64,000 nucleotides of DNA, from contig NC_057752.1 in assembly GCF_004010195.1 (NCBI RefSeq), forward strand, positions 15,672,380 through 15,736,379. Reading direction: 5' to 3'. Below the pieces are notes generated by a model, which saw only the letters and a program-made list of their open reading frames with translations, was not told the DNA's origin and ran no database searches. How positions within the stretch are numbered: the first letter of the stretch is position 1; each line of letters begins with the position of its first letter. The position numbers and the translations under genes are program-made. Source of the stretch: Chiloscyllium plagiosum. Its lineage: Eukaryota. Below, piece after piece: positions 26,290-38,549 of the stretch.

Positions 26290-28285
26290 AAGAAGGTTAT
26301 CTACGATTACAAAGGGATCTTGATGGGTCAATGGGCTGAAGAGTGACAGATGAAGTTTAATTTGGATAAATGTGAGCTATTGCATTTTGGTAAAACAAAA
26401 GAAGACAAGATACAAACAATTAAAAGTAGGGCCTTGGCTAGTGTTGTAGAGCAGAGAGACCTAAGGGTTCAGGTCTTAATTCTTTAAAATTTGCATCACA
26501 TACAGACAGGGTGGTTAAGAAGGTGTTTAGCATGCTTGCCTTCATTGCTCAGACCTGTATAGGAGTTGGGACGTCATGTTGAGGTTGTACAGGACATTGA
26601 TGCGCCCCCTTTGGAAGTACTGTGTCCAGTTCTGATTGCCCTGTTACAGGAAGAATATTATTAAGCTGGAGAGGGGTTCAGAACAGATGTCGGAGGATAT
26701 TGCTGGGAATGGAGGGCTTCAGTTAAGGGGAATGGCTGGACAGGCTGGGAGTTTTTTCACTGGTGCACAAGAGGTTTATAAAAACATGAGGGGGTATGGA
26801 TAAGGTGAATGGCAGGTGTCTTTACCCTAGGATGGGAGATTTCAAGACATATTTTTAAGGTGAGAGGAGAAAGAGTTTTAAAAAAATGTGAGTGGCAATT
26901 GTTTTACACAGAGTGTGGTTCACGTGTGGAATGAACTTCCAGAGGAAGTGGTGGATATGGGTACAGTTACAACATCTAAAAGGCATTTCGATAAGTACAT
27001 GATTAAGAAATGTTTGGAGGGTTATGACCCAAGTGCAGGCAGGTGAGACTAGTTTAGTTTGGGAATNNNNNNNNNNNNNNNNNNNNNNNNNNNNNNNNNN
27101 NNNNNNNNNNNNNNNNNNNNNNNNNNNNNNNNNNNNNNNNNNNNNNNNNNNNNNNNNNNNNNNNNNNNNNNNNNNNNNNNNNNNNNNNNNNNNNNNNNNN
27201 NNNNNNNNNNNNNNNNNNNNNNNNNNNNNNNNNNNNNNNNNNNNNNNNNNNNNNNNNNNNNNNNNNNNNNNNNNNNNNNNNNNNNNNNNNNNNNNNNNNN
27301 NNNNNNNNNNNNNNNNNNNNNNNNNNNNNNNNNNNNNNNNNNNNNNNNNNNNNNNNNNNNNNNNNNNNNNNNNNNNNNNNNNNNNNNNNNNNNNNNNNNN
27401 NNNNNNNNNNNNNNNNNNNNNNNNNNNNNNNNNNNNNNNNNNNNNNNNNNNNNNNNNNNNNNNNNNNNNNNNNNNNNNNNNNNNNNNNNNNNNNNNNNNN
27501 NNNNNNNNNNNNNNNNNNNNNNNNNNNNNNNNNNNNNNNNNNNNNNNNNNNNNNNNNNNNNNNNNNGTACAGAGGGATCTGGGAGTGCTAGTTGAGGATT
27601 CTCTGAAGGTAAACATGCAGGTTGAGTCCGTGATTAAGAAAGCGAATGCAATGTTGTCAATTATCTCAAGACGGTTGGAATATAAAAGCACTGTTGTGCT
27701 ACTGAGACTTTATAAAGCTCTGGTTAGGCCCCATTTGGAGTACTGTGTCCAGTTTTGGTCCCCACACCTCAGGAAGGACATACTGGCACTGGAGCGTGTC
27801 CAGCAGAGATTCACACAGATGATCCCTGGAATGGTAGGTCTAACATACGAGGAATGGCTGAGGATCCTGGGATCGTATTCATTGGCGTTTAGAAGATTAA
27901 GGGGAGATCTAATAGAAACTTACAAGATAATACATGGCTTGGAAAGGGTGGATGCTAGGAAACTGTTTCCGTTAGGCGATAAGACTAGCACCCGTGGACA
28001 CAGCCTTAGAATTAGAGGGGGTAAATTCAGAACAGAAATGCGGAGACATTTCTTCAGCCAGAGAGTGGCGGGCCTGTGGAATTCATTGCCACAGAGTGCA
28101 GTGCAGGCTGGGACGCTAACTGTCTTCAAGGCAGAAATTGATAAATTCTTGATGTCACAAGGAAGTAAGGGCTACGGGGAGAATGCGGGTAAGTGGAGTT
28201 GAAATGCCCATCGGCCATGATTGAATGGCGGAGTGGACTCGATGGGCCGAATGGCCTTACTTCCGCTCCTATGTCTTATGGTCTT
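26290..28285 (+). mobile_element. Two CR1 3' fragments flanking an assembly gap
   Basis: After the gap the frame is open: VQRDLGVLVEDSLK...RPHLEYCVQFWSP...GYGENAGKWS, which suggests a young copy. Confidence 0.9.
27067..27566. other. Assembly gap (500 N)
   Basis: Run of N. Confidence 1.
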
Positions 28286-29629
28286 ATTAAAACCCTGCAT
28301 TACTGTAGCATTTCTTGTAATTTAATGTCTCTACAACATAGGCCCACTCCCTTCCTGATTTTCCCATTGACATTTATCACAATCGAAACATGTAGGAATT
28401 AGGAGCCATTCAGCTCTTGCAGCCTCTTATGTCATTGATTAGCCTGTTTCTGCGTTTCCCTCTATTGCTTTGATCCTCATCGTCGTCGTCGTCCCTAAAC
28501 AGCATACTCATAGATTGCGACCCTTGATCCTGGCGTCCCTGGTCATTGGAGACATCCTGTCTGCCCTGTTCTTGTTAGAATTTAATAGACTTTTATATCC
28601 TCCCCTCCTCCACCCCTATCCTCAATCCCCCAATTCTTCTAAACCCCAACGAATATATTCCTAACCAATTCAACCCCTCCTCATACATTAGTTCTTTAAC
28701 CCAGGCATCAGTCTGGTAAGCTTTCAATGCACTCCCTCTATAGTTTTTCATTCTGTGTTCCACAGAACAGGTACACCAAAGTCCATCTGAACATCAGTAT
28801 TGAAAGGTACTCACCTTCCCAAAACTATTCTGCTTTTTAGCTTCATAGTTCCCCCACCGTATAATCCATCTGCCATTCTCTTGCCCACCCACATAGCCTG
28901 GATGCAGCTGTTCGAGTTCCGTTGACAATTATTTGCATTATCTTCTTGAATATCCAGCAAATGATTCTGATGGACCCTGGTGTTTTTCTGTACTGATTTA
29001 CTTAAATGTTCTTTTTATCCATCACAACTCATCCTCAACTGCTTCAGAATTTATTTCTGGTTAAGATTCATTCTACAAAGGGTTTGCAGAGGAGAAGGGG
29101 CACTACTCAGAATTTTGTGATTTAGATCAAGAGAGAGATTTAGTTGCTTTCTCTTTCACAGATAATGTTTCTCCTGCATTGTCCAAACTCAAAGTTACTG
29201 CCCGGGAACCAATCAGAGTTCTTTCTATGCCAGGCAGTCCTGACCAGCACCCACAGAGCTGAGGTGTCTGGCATATTCCCCTTCTCTACCCCTACATTCA
29301 AATAATGCAGCATTGCAGATCCAAGTCTCCATTCTGGTAACTCATATTTTAAAAAGAAGACTGCGGAATCTTCTTCCATGTGCCATTGGTTTAAAGCAAT
29401 GACTTTCCCATTGGTTATTCCAAAACATAAGAGGCACCTTAGCTATTTTTTTCGTCAGGTTCAGACTCACCTGGCGTTCTGCACAAAACTGCGGGCACTG
29501 GACTTTAGGAAGAATATGAAGATTTTATTCTAATGATGAGAAACTAGAGAGAGGTTAAAGAATCTGAGGTTGTTTGGAAAGTAGATTTGGTAGAGTGTTC
29601 AAAATCATTCTAGCAGTCTAGTCTGAAGA

Positions 29630-30310
29630 ACATAGTACAGTACAGGCCCTTCAACTCTCTATGTTGTGATGGTCTTTTATCCTATTCTAAGATCAGACAA
29701 ACCCACATTCGCTTCATTTTACAATCATCCAATTGCCTATCTGAGTTGCTTAAATGTCCCTAACGTACTTGACTCTATTCCCACTGCTGGCAGTGCAATC
29801 CATGCACCCAGCACTGTGTAAAGATCCTACCTCTGACATCTCCCCTAAACCTTCCTCTAATTACCTTCATGATAGACATTTCCGCCAAGGGAAAGAGTCT
29901 CTGGCTATCTACTCAATCTATGCCTCTCAACATCTTCTACATCTCTATCAAGTCACCTCTCATCATTCTTCGCTCCAATGAGGAAAAACCCTAGCTTCCT
30001 CAACCTTTCTTCATAAGACATGCCTCCAGTCCAGGTAGTATCCAGGGAAATCTCCTCTGCACCCTCTCTAAAGCTTCCACGTCTTTCTTATAATGAGGTG
30101 ACCAGAAAAGAACACCATATTCCAAATATGGTCTAACCAGGGCTCTTAACCCTAACCCCGTTAATGAAAGGCGACACACCATAAACATTCTGAACAACTG
30201 TATCAACTTGGGGGGCAACTTTGAGGGATCTATGGACATGGACCCCAAGATCTATCTGTTCCTCCACACTGTCAAGAATCCTGCCTTTAACCCTGTACTC
30301 TGCATCCAAA
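29630..30310 (-). mobile_element. CR1 3' fragment
   Basis: [32 protein letters not shown]. Confidence 0.85.
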
Positions 30311-30319
30311 TTCTAGTCT

Positions 30320-32860
30320 ACAGGATTCTTAAGGGGAAGGGAGAGCAGCCAGAAGTCATGGTACACATTGGTACCAATGGCATAGGTAGGGAAAGGGAGG
30401 AGGAGCTGAAAAGAGAATATAGGGAGTCAGGTTGGAAGCAGGAAGGTAGGAGAAGCAGAGTAATAATCTCAAGATTGCTACTGGTGCCACGTGCTAGTGA
30501 GGCTAGGAACAGAGTGAGTGCAGATAAATATGTGGCTCCAGGGCTGGTGTGGGAGGAAGAGGATGGATCTGTACTTGGAACTATTAATGTTGTGGCCATT
30601 ACAGAAAGTTAGATATCACAGAGGCAGGAATGGTTGTTTTAATGTTCCAGGGTTTAGATGTTTCAAAAGTAACAGTTTGGGGGGAGGTGGGTGCGGAAGA
30701 GAGGTAAAAGAGGTGGGGGAGTGGCATTGCTAATCAGGGATAGTATCACAGCTGTAGAAAGGGAGGTCGTTGGGATGGGTTTGTCTAGAGTCCATATGGG
30801 TGCAAGTCAGAAACAGGAGAGGAGCAGTCACTTTGAGTGTTTTCTACAGATCACCCAATAGCAACTGAGACACGGAGGAGCAGATTTTGGAAAGGTGCAG
30901 AAGAAATGGGGTTGTTGTCACTGGTGGCTTTAATTTTCCTAACATTGATTGGACCTTACTTAGTTCAAGTAACACAATACCAGGTTATAGTCCAACAGGT
31001 CTATTTGAAGGTACTAGCTTTCAAAGTGCTGCTTCTTGGTCAATCACCTGATGAAGCAGTGCTTCAAAAGCTAGTGCCTTCAAATAAACCTGTTGGAATA
31101 TAACCAGGTATTGTGATTTTTAAACTTTGTCCACCCCAGTCCAACACTGGCTCGTCTAAATTGAGTTCAAATAGTTTGGATGGAACAGTTTTTGCCAGGT
31201 GTGTCCAAGAAGGGTTCCTGATGCGATATGTAGAATAGGCTGACTAGAGAGGAGGCCATATTGGATTTGATGCTTGGCAACGAACCATGCCAGAGGTCAG
31301 ATCTATCGGTGGGAGAGCATTTCAATAATCGTGATCATAGCTCCCTGATCCTTACTATTGTCAGGGAGAGGGCTAGGAGCAGATGGTATGGGAAAGTATT
31401 TAACTGAGGCATGGGGAATTTCAATGCTATTAGGCAGGAACTGAGGTACATGACCCTTCGGCCTAAACTGGGGACAGATGTTCTAAGGAAAATGCACAAT
31501 AGAAATGACAGTTGTTTTGGGAGCACTTGCTGCAAGTGCTAGATACATTTGTCCCACTGAGGCAAGGAAGGGATGATAGGTTGAAGGAACCTTGGGTGAC
31601 CAGGGGTGTGGAACATCTAGTCAAGAGGAAGAAGGAAGCTTATGTAAGTTTGAGGTGGCAAGAATCAGACAGGGCTTTAGAGGGTTACAAGGTAGCCAGG
31701 AGGGAACTGAAAAATAGACTTGGGAGAGCTAGAAGGGAATGTGGAAAAAGCTTTAGCAGGTAGAATTAAGGAAAATCCCAAGGTGTTCTACACTTCTATG
31801 AGGAACCAGAGGATGGCCAGAGTGAGGGTAGGGCCAATCAGGGATAGTGGAGGGAACTTGTGCCTGGAATCGGAGGAGCTAAGTGAGGTCCTTAATGAAT
31901 ACTTGGCTTCAGTATTCACTGCTGAGAGGAACCATGATGTTTCTGAGGACAGCATGAAACAGACTAGAACAGGTTGATGTTAGGAAAGACCATGTGCTGA
32001 AAAGTTTGAAAAATGTAAGGATAGATAAATTCCTGTGCAGACGGGATACACCCAAGGTTACTACAGGAAGTGAGGGAAGAGATTGCAGCGCCAAAGGCGC
32101 TGATCTTTACATCCTCATTGTCCACTGGAGTAGTGCCAGATGATTGGAGGGTAGCAAATGTTATTCCCTTATTCAAGGAAGGGGATAGGGATAATCCTGA
32201 GAATACAGACCAGTCAGTCTTATGTCAGTGGTGGGCAAAGTATTGGAGAGGGTACTTTCAGCATCCTTGAGGGGTGGGTCATGTCTCTCAAACCTTTTAA
32301 TGAGTTCTTTGAGGATGAGACAACACATTGAAGGTAGAGCAGTGCATGTGGTGTATATGGATTTTAGCAAGGCATTTGATAAGGTTCCCCATGGTAGGTT
32401 CATTCAGAAAGTAAGGAGGCTTGGGATACAGGGAAACTTTTCTGTCTGGATACAGAATTGGCTGGTCCATAGAAGACAGAGGGTGGTGGTGGATGGAAAG
32501 TATTCAGCCTGGAGCTTGGTGACCAGTGGTGTTCCACGGGGATTAGTTCTGGGATCTCTGCTCTTTGTGATTTATAAAAATGACTGAGAAAGTGGCAGGG
32601 TGAGTTAGTAAGTTTGCCGATGACATGAAGGTTGGTGGAGTTGTGGATATTGTGGAGGGTAGAGTCACTGCTTCTTGTTGGCAGAAGTGTTGAGAAAGAT
32701 GTAATTTATTTATGGTAAATATAGGACAAAACATTTTCAGAGTTTTAATTAGTAAAAAAAAAATTGAGGGTTATGGGGAAAATGCAGGAAAGTAAAATTG
32801 AAGATTATCCAATCAGCCACAACCTCGTTGATTGATGAAGTAGACTCAATGCGATTTGGT
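30320..32860 (+). mobile_element. Long degenerate CR1 (ORF1 esterase end, endonuclease, RT) with a nested palindromic repeat at ~30968-31160
   Basis: VMVHIGTNGIG, VVAITE, IKENPKVFY, VPDDWRVANVIPLFK, YMDFSKAFDKVPH and KFADD. Confidence 0.9.
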
Positions 32861-32889
32861 TGCTCCTTCATCTTCTAGCCTGCACAACG

Positions 32890-33465
32890 AGTCATAGCGT
32901 CCAACTCATCCATGCCAACCAGATATCTCAACCTAATCTAGTGCCACTTGCCAGCACCTGGCCCATGTCCGTCTAAACACTTCCTATTCATATACACATC
33001 CAGACGCTTTTAGATGTTGTAATTGTACCAGCCTTGACCACTTCCTCTGGCAGCTCATTCCATACATGCACAACCCTCTAGGTGAAAATGTTGCTCCTTA
33101 GGTCCCTCTTATATCTTTCCCCTCTCACCCTAAACCTATGCCCTCTAGTTCTGGACTCCCCCACCCCTGGAAAAAGACTTTGTCTATTTATCCTATCCAT
33201 GCCCCTCATGATTTGAAAAACCTCTAAGGTCACCCTTCAGGGTCCGATGCTCCAGGGAAAACAGCCCCAGCCTATTCAACCTCTCCCTCTAGCTCAAATC
33301 CTCCAACCTTGGCAACACCTTTGTAACTCTTTTTATTTTTCTGAACCCTTTTAAGTTTCACAACTTCCAGTAGGAAGGAGACCAGAATTGCACACAATAT
33401 TCCAAAAGTGGCCTAACCACTTTCCTCTAGCCGCAAAATGATGTTCTCAACTCCTATACTCAACG
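32890..33465 (-). mobile_element. CR1 3' fragment (same family as 4715-5435)
   Basis: Near-identical to the 4715 copy. Confidence 0.85.
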
Positions 33466-33923
33466 AGGTGTTTAGGATCAAGTATGTGGTGGATCCAATT
33501 TAAATCTCCGCTTTCAAAACTGAATGAGAAAAGCACCTGAATGTCAAAACATTTGCATGGTTGGATGGATTACGTGAGTTACCTTTGCAGAGATGGGTGA
33601 AGTGGCTTCCAACACACAATATGATTTGTGTTCCAACCATTCTATGATTAAACATCTTACGGTTGGTTCATAATTTTTTATTTTTATTCTTATTCACTTA
33701 TTGTGGCATGGGTGTCATTGGCTCAGCCAATGTATATTCCCATCCCTTGGCCTTGAAGGTGGTGAGTTGCTTTCTTGAACCATTATTTACAGTGAATGAT
33801 TGATTGACTTCTTATAGGGTCCCAACTCACTTAAACTATTCCCTTTATACTACTGTTTCCCAATGTCTATGGCATTTAACTAGCTCTTCAGACACACAAT
33901 TGATGTCTTGTTTCTCATTCCAG

Positions 33924-34574
33924 ACCTGCCCCCTGACTCGAGGACGAACACCGACTGTAACAAAGCCCCATCTTATCAGCTCCCAGCAACAGTCTGTTTT
34001 CTCCAGTGGCCAAGCTATATCCTATAGGAGGCATCAAACCTCCATGGAGCATCCGATTGTGGACATTGTACAGTCTTCTCCAATCCGTAGAGATCTTCAA
34101 TATCCACCTGTTTCTTCATATTTCCAGAACTTTCCACCAGCTCAATGCTCAGATCCCAATTTTGGCAACTTTCACAAAGAATGCCTTATGATCCCTGGCA
34201 CACAGTCTTTGAGTTTCCGGAATCAGATTTCAAGATCAGGAATGGGATTCCCAGCTGTCAGAATTCACCAATCTCCATCAATCAAGGAGGACATTCAATG
34301 CATTGCTACATCCACAAGTTACCCTCCCTCAGAATGTCACCAAGTTTCGTCTTCTTTTAACATGGGGACAGTTGGGAGAGAACTGATTGTTTCTACTCAG
34401 GACTTCCAAATGAACCCAAATAACTGGAATCCAGTACAAAATGATGTATCTTTGCCAGATTATCTGACACTTGCACCAGTGTTTGGTGCATATGAAATGC
34501 AACAGCCTGGATCAGCCGATCTGTTCAGTGAAGGCCATCCTGTGACTTTGAGTGGTGCTCAATGCAATATGTGA
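33924..34574 (+). CDS. Candidate terminal coding exon (216 aa, S/P/Q-rich, unknown protein; paralog copy 2)
   Basis: Longest non-TE, gap-free ORF in the window. Acceptor ttgtttctcattccag ends at 33923, in phase 0 with the ORF. The stop is followed by ~700 nt of repeat-free AU-rich sequence and AATAAA at 35261. Confidence 0.5.
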   Translation, partial: TCPLTRGRTPTVTKPHLISSQQQSVFSSGQAISYRRHQTSMEHPIVDIVQSSPIRRDLQYPPVSSYFQNFPPAQCSDPNFGNFHKECLMIPGTQSLSFRNQISRSGMGFPAVRIHQSPSIKEDIQCIATSTSYPPSECHQVSSSFNMGTVGRELIVSTQDFQMNPNNWNPVQNDVSLPDYLTLAPVFGAYEMQQPGSADLFSEGHPVTLSGAQCNM

Positions 34575-35260
34575 ATTTGGGAGAAGAATGTGTGAATGTT
34601 GTTCTCGGAGTGTTTTGGCCTTAAGATTTCTACGAAATCTTTAGAATTAAATGATACTTTCATTTAACTGGGAGCATGATAAGTGGAAATGTCTGATTTC
34701 AATATCGAGCTGAATTAAGGGTCATGTTTGATATTTGGAAATTCATTAACTTGCGTTAGCAAGTTGGCCTGAGTCGTGCCTTATTGTTTCAATGGGTGCT
34801 CGAATACTTTCTAAAGCTGATATGTTTGAGTGGATGGGATAAGGATACATGGTTTTATTTCTAGTTTGGAGGGACTGGTGACTGTAACAGATATGGATGT
34901 TTCATTCAATCCAAACAGAGAAAGGCATTACTTTTGAAAATCATTTGTAAAGTGGGTAAAATGACAAATCTATCGAGCCATTGTGGGGATCCACAAACAT
35001 TCTGCTTTCCTTCTGATGTGTTTTAACTTAATATTTTTAGTTTGGGGTTATTGTGCAGAATACATGCTTCAATGAGAATTATGAATTGGTGACAGAATAA
35101 CTTCAACTGTTGAAGCTTTCATGTTTACTGAATAATGTTTTTATGATGTCTTTTTGGATTCATTGTACAAAATTGATCAAGATGCCTTTGCACATTTGCA
35201 GACAAAGAAATGTGTTCTGAATGTAATCTGCTTTCTGTTATCTTCACTTGATCACTTTGA

Positions 35261-35266
35261 AATAAA
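35261..35266 (+). terminator. Candidate polyadenylation signal
   Basis: AATAAA followed by a GT/T-rich tract (ggttctttttgt) about 30 nt downstream. Confidence 0.45.
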
Positions 35267-35562
35267 TGTTCTACAAAATACAATTAAGATATGGTTCTTT
35301 TTGTAAGATGTAAGTTGTACTGTTAACTTTATGCCAGTGGCTATACAATCACACATCTGATTATATAAAACAATGATGCATATTTCATAAATGTCAGATG
35401 AAATTGACCCAAAACTGTGGATCACATCTGTTTCAAATAATTGGCTGTTTACTCCTTACCCCCTAACCAGGATGACACACTGGCTCAGTGTTTAGCATTG
35501 CTGCCTCACATTGCCAGGTATCAATCCTAGCCATAGGTTAGAATCCCTTCCTTCAAGTCGGA

Positions 35563-35864
35563 NNNNNNNNNNNNNNNNNNNNNNNNNNNNNNNNNNNNNN
35601 NNNNNNNNNNNNNNNNNNNNNNNNNNNNNNNNNNNNNNNNNNNNNNNNNNNNNNNNNNNNNNNNNNNNNNNNNNNNNNNNNNNNNNNNNNNNNNNNNNNN
35701 NNNNNNNNNNNNNNNNNNNNNNNNNNNNNNNNNNNNNNNNNNNNNNNNNNNNNNNNNNNNNNNNNNNNNNNNNNNNNNNNNNNNNNNNNNNNNNNNNNNN
35801 NNNNNNNNNNNNNNNNNNNNNNNNNNNNNNNNNNNNNNNNNNNNNNNNNNNNNNNNNNNNNNNN
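35563..35864. other. Assembly gap (302 N)
   Basis: Run of N. Confidence 1.
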
Positions 35865-36446
35865 ACGTCCCCCCCACCTTGGTTTGAAGAGTAAATATAG
35901 ATAGCTGAGGTAGTCAAGGATCAAGAGAGACAAAGGCTAGCCAGATTCCCTTTTACTGTGCCACTGTTGCTGGAAGGAAAGTACTTTGCTCTTTTTGGCG
36001 CCATCTTGCCTCCACCAATACCCTGCCATTATGAATCCACGCTGAACCTCACCAATTCAGATATTGCACCAGCCCAATCTCAATTCTGCTTCCCATGATG
36101 AGTTTACACCCACCTCATCAAAGCAGCTGCTGCCAGGTCCTCTATTGGGCCCAAACCTGGCTCCAATGCCTCCTCCATGAATTTGTGCTGGATGCAGACA
36201 CTACCCTAAACCCAAACATCTTCCCAAAGCAGCAGCCTCCAGGAGCCCAACCTCCCTTCCACTGCTGCCATGCATCTGCGCTGCTGGGCCCACTCACTGC
36301 TGTCAATGCTGCAACCAAGCTCTTCATCATGAGGTAAGTGAAATTAAATAAAAGATTTTAAAGAAGAGAGTCTAAAAGAAGAAAGGAAACCAAAAGAAAA
36401 CTAGCCAGCCCTGGTCTCAGAAGCCCCATTCCAGCACCTTCTTCTA

Positions 36447-36980
36447 GTCATAGAGATGTACAGCATGGAAACAGACCTTTCAGTCCGAATCTTCCATGCT
36501 GACCAGATATCCTAACCTAATCCAGTCCCATTTGCCAGCACGTGGCCCATATCTGTCTAAAACCTTCCTATTTGTGTACCCAGCCTGATTCCTTTTAAAT
36601 GTTGTCATTGTACCAGCCTCCACTATGTCCTCTGGCAGCTTATTCCAAATATGCACCACCTTCTGTGTGAAAATGTTGCCTATTAGGTCTCTTTATTTAT
36701 ATCTTTTTCTCTCTCACCCTAAACCTATGCTCTCCAGTTCTGGACTCCCCCACTCCTGGGAAAATACCTTGTTTATTAATCCTATCCATGCTCCTCATGA
36801 TTTTATAAACTTCTATAAGGTCACCCTTCAGGGTCCAACATTCCAGGGAAAACAGTCCCAGCCTATTCAACTTCTCCCTATAGCTGGAATCCGCCAACCC
36901 TGGCACCATCCTTGTAAATCTATTCTGAACTCTTTTAAGTTTCACAACATCCTTCTGATATGAGGGAGACCAGAATTGGA
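36447..36980 (-). mobile_element. CR1 3' fragment
   Basis: QFWSPSYQKDVVKLKRVQNRFTRMVPG. Confidence 0.85.
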
Positions 36981-38549
36981 AGTTCATTTTTAGGTTGGCA
37001 GGATGTTAATTGTATTGAAAGTTGCAAAATCACAAGAGCCTGATGCAATGCATGCAGGGACAGAGGGAAGTTGAGAGTGAAAATTGTGAAGACACTTGAC
37101 ATAATCTTACAACCATTTTTCAAAACCGGGTAAGACAATCAGCACAGAAGCTGCTGGCTGGTCAATAGTGGGAAAGCTTTTCAAAATGATATCCAGAACA
37201 AAATTAACAGATGCTTGTCTTAATGTTGATTGGTTAATGAAAACCAGCACAGACTTGATAGAGCAAATCGTGATTGATCAACTTGAATTCAGTTTCTTTT
37301 AAGGAGGGAGTTGATGAGGGTGATGCCTTGACATTGACTTTGTGCACTTTCCACTCTGACTGCTGATGCATTTCTGTGTTGTATTACTCATACAAGGTGT
37401 TTGCACACACCAGAGTCTGTAATATCTCACATTAGAGCATCAGGGTTAAAGGTTATGAGCTATATATGCATTATGTTTAGATAAGATGCAGCCTTTCCAG
37501 CAATGAAATTAAGCTGTTCCTCTGGCATTTTTCTGTTCATAGAGGCAGTGACCCTGTCTGATGTCAAATAGTACTTTAGATGGATGGGTACAACCTTTTG
37601 GACAATTCCATGTCGCTGCCAACTGGCCCATCTCTGATATACTCCATTCACCTGTTGTTACTATCTTTTCAATAATTTCTTATGTCACATCTGTTACTGT
37701 TTCATCTCTTTTTAACTCTTCTGCTCATACCTGATCTCATCTTTCTGCCTCTCAATGTCTTTTATAGATTTCCATATTTCATCTTTCAAGACCCCAGCTC
37801 TGCGTTAAATATTTAATCCTAATTTTGTATTCATATTCCATTAAGAACAGACTCTCTGGTCAAGCATCAATAGATCTTTTGATCTTTATTGGAGCTTTTG
37901 ATAAACACGCAAACCTGTTATCATCCATCTCTATTGTTGAGGAGAAACCTCTATGATTTTATTATATTCACTTGAGGTATGGGCAATGCTACCTGGACTG
38001 TGTCTTAATTGCCCCCTTGAGAAGCTGGGGATGAGTTGCCTTCTTGGTCCATGTGTGGTAGTAGATCCACAATGATGTTAGGGAAAGAGTTCCAGATTTT
38101 GACCCAGTGACACTGAAGGAATTTGATACATTTCCAAGTGAGGGGCTTGGAGAGACCTTGCAGACGGTGCTGTTCTCATATAAATGCTGCCTTTGTCCTA
38201 GATAGAAAAGGTCATGGATTTGATGCTGTTTAAGGATCTTTGGAACCACATTTGCCATCCTCAGAGGCCCTGCAATTTTCTGCCTCACCTGCCCTAGCAG
38301 TCTGGGATGCAGTTCATCCAGGCCAGGTCATTTGTCTGTTTTTCAGCCTGACAGAGTCTCCAATTCCTCCCCATTTCCTCTGTCAAACTGTGCAAGTTCC
38401 ACACAGCCCCTTTTCCTGAGTTCCATACCTATGTCATCTTTTTCCAAAGTGAAGGGAAGTACTCATTCAATATCCTTCCAATGTCCTGCAGCTTTACTCA
38501 TAGGCTACACCCTTGATCCCTAATGAGCCCTATAATCTTCCTGGTTAAC

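Noticed and set aside
26855..28202. Long ORFs of 278-392 aa (also near 35.5 kb and 42.1-43.0 kb)
   Set aside because: They are artefacts of translating N runs; the real parts are CR1 or Penelope.
36095..36337. 80-aa ORF ending at a strong GAG|GTAAGT donor as an exon of copy 3
   Set aside because: No similarity to the other copies, and the low-complexity context next to a gap looks repeat-derived. Unresolved and not supported.
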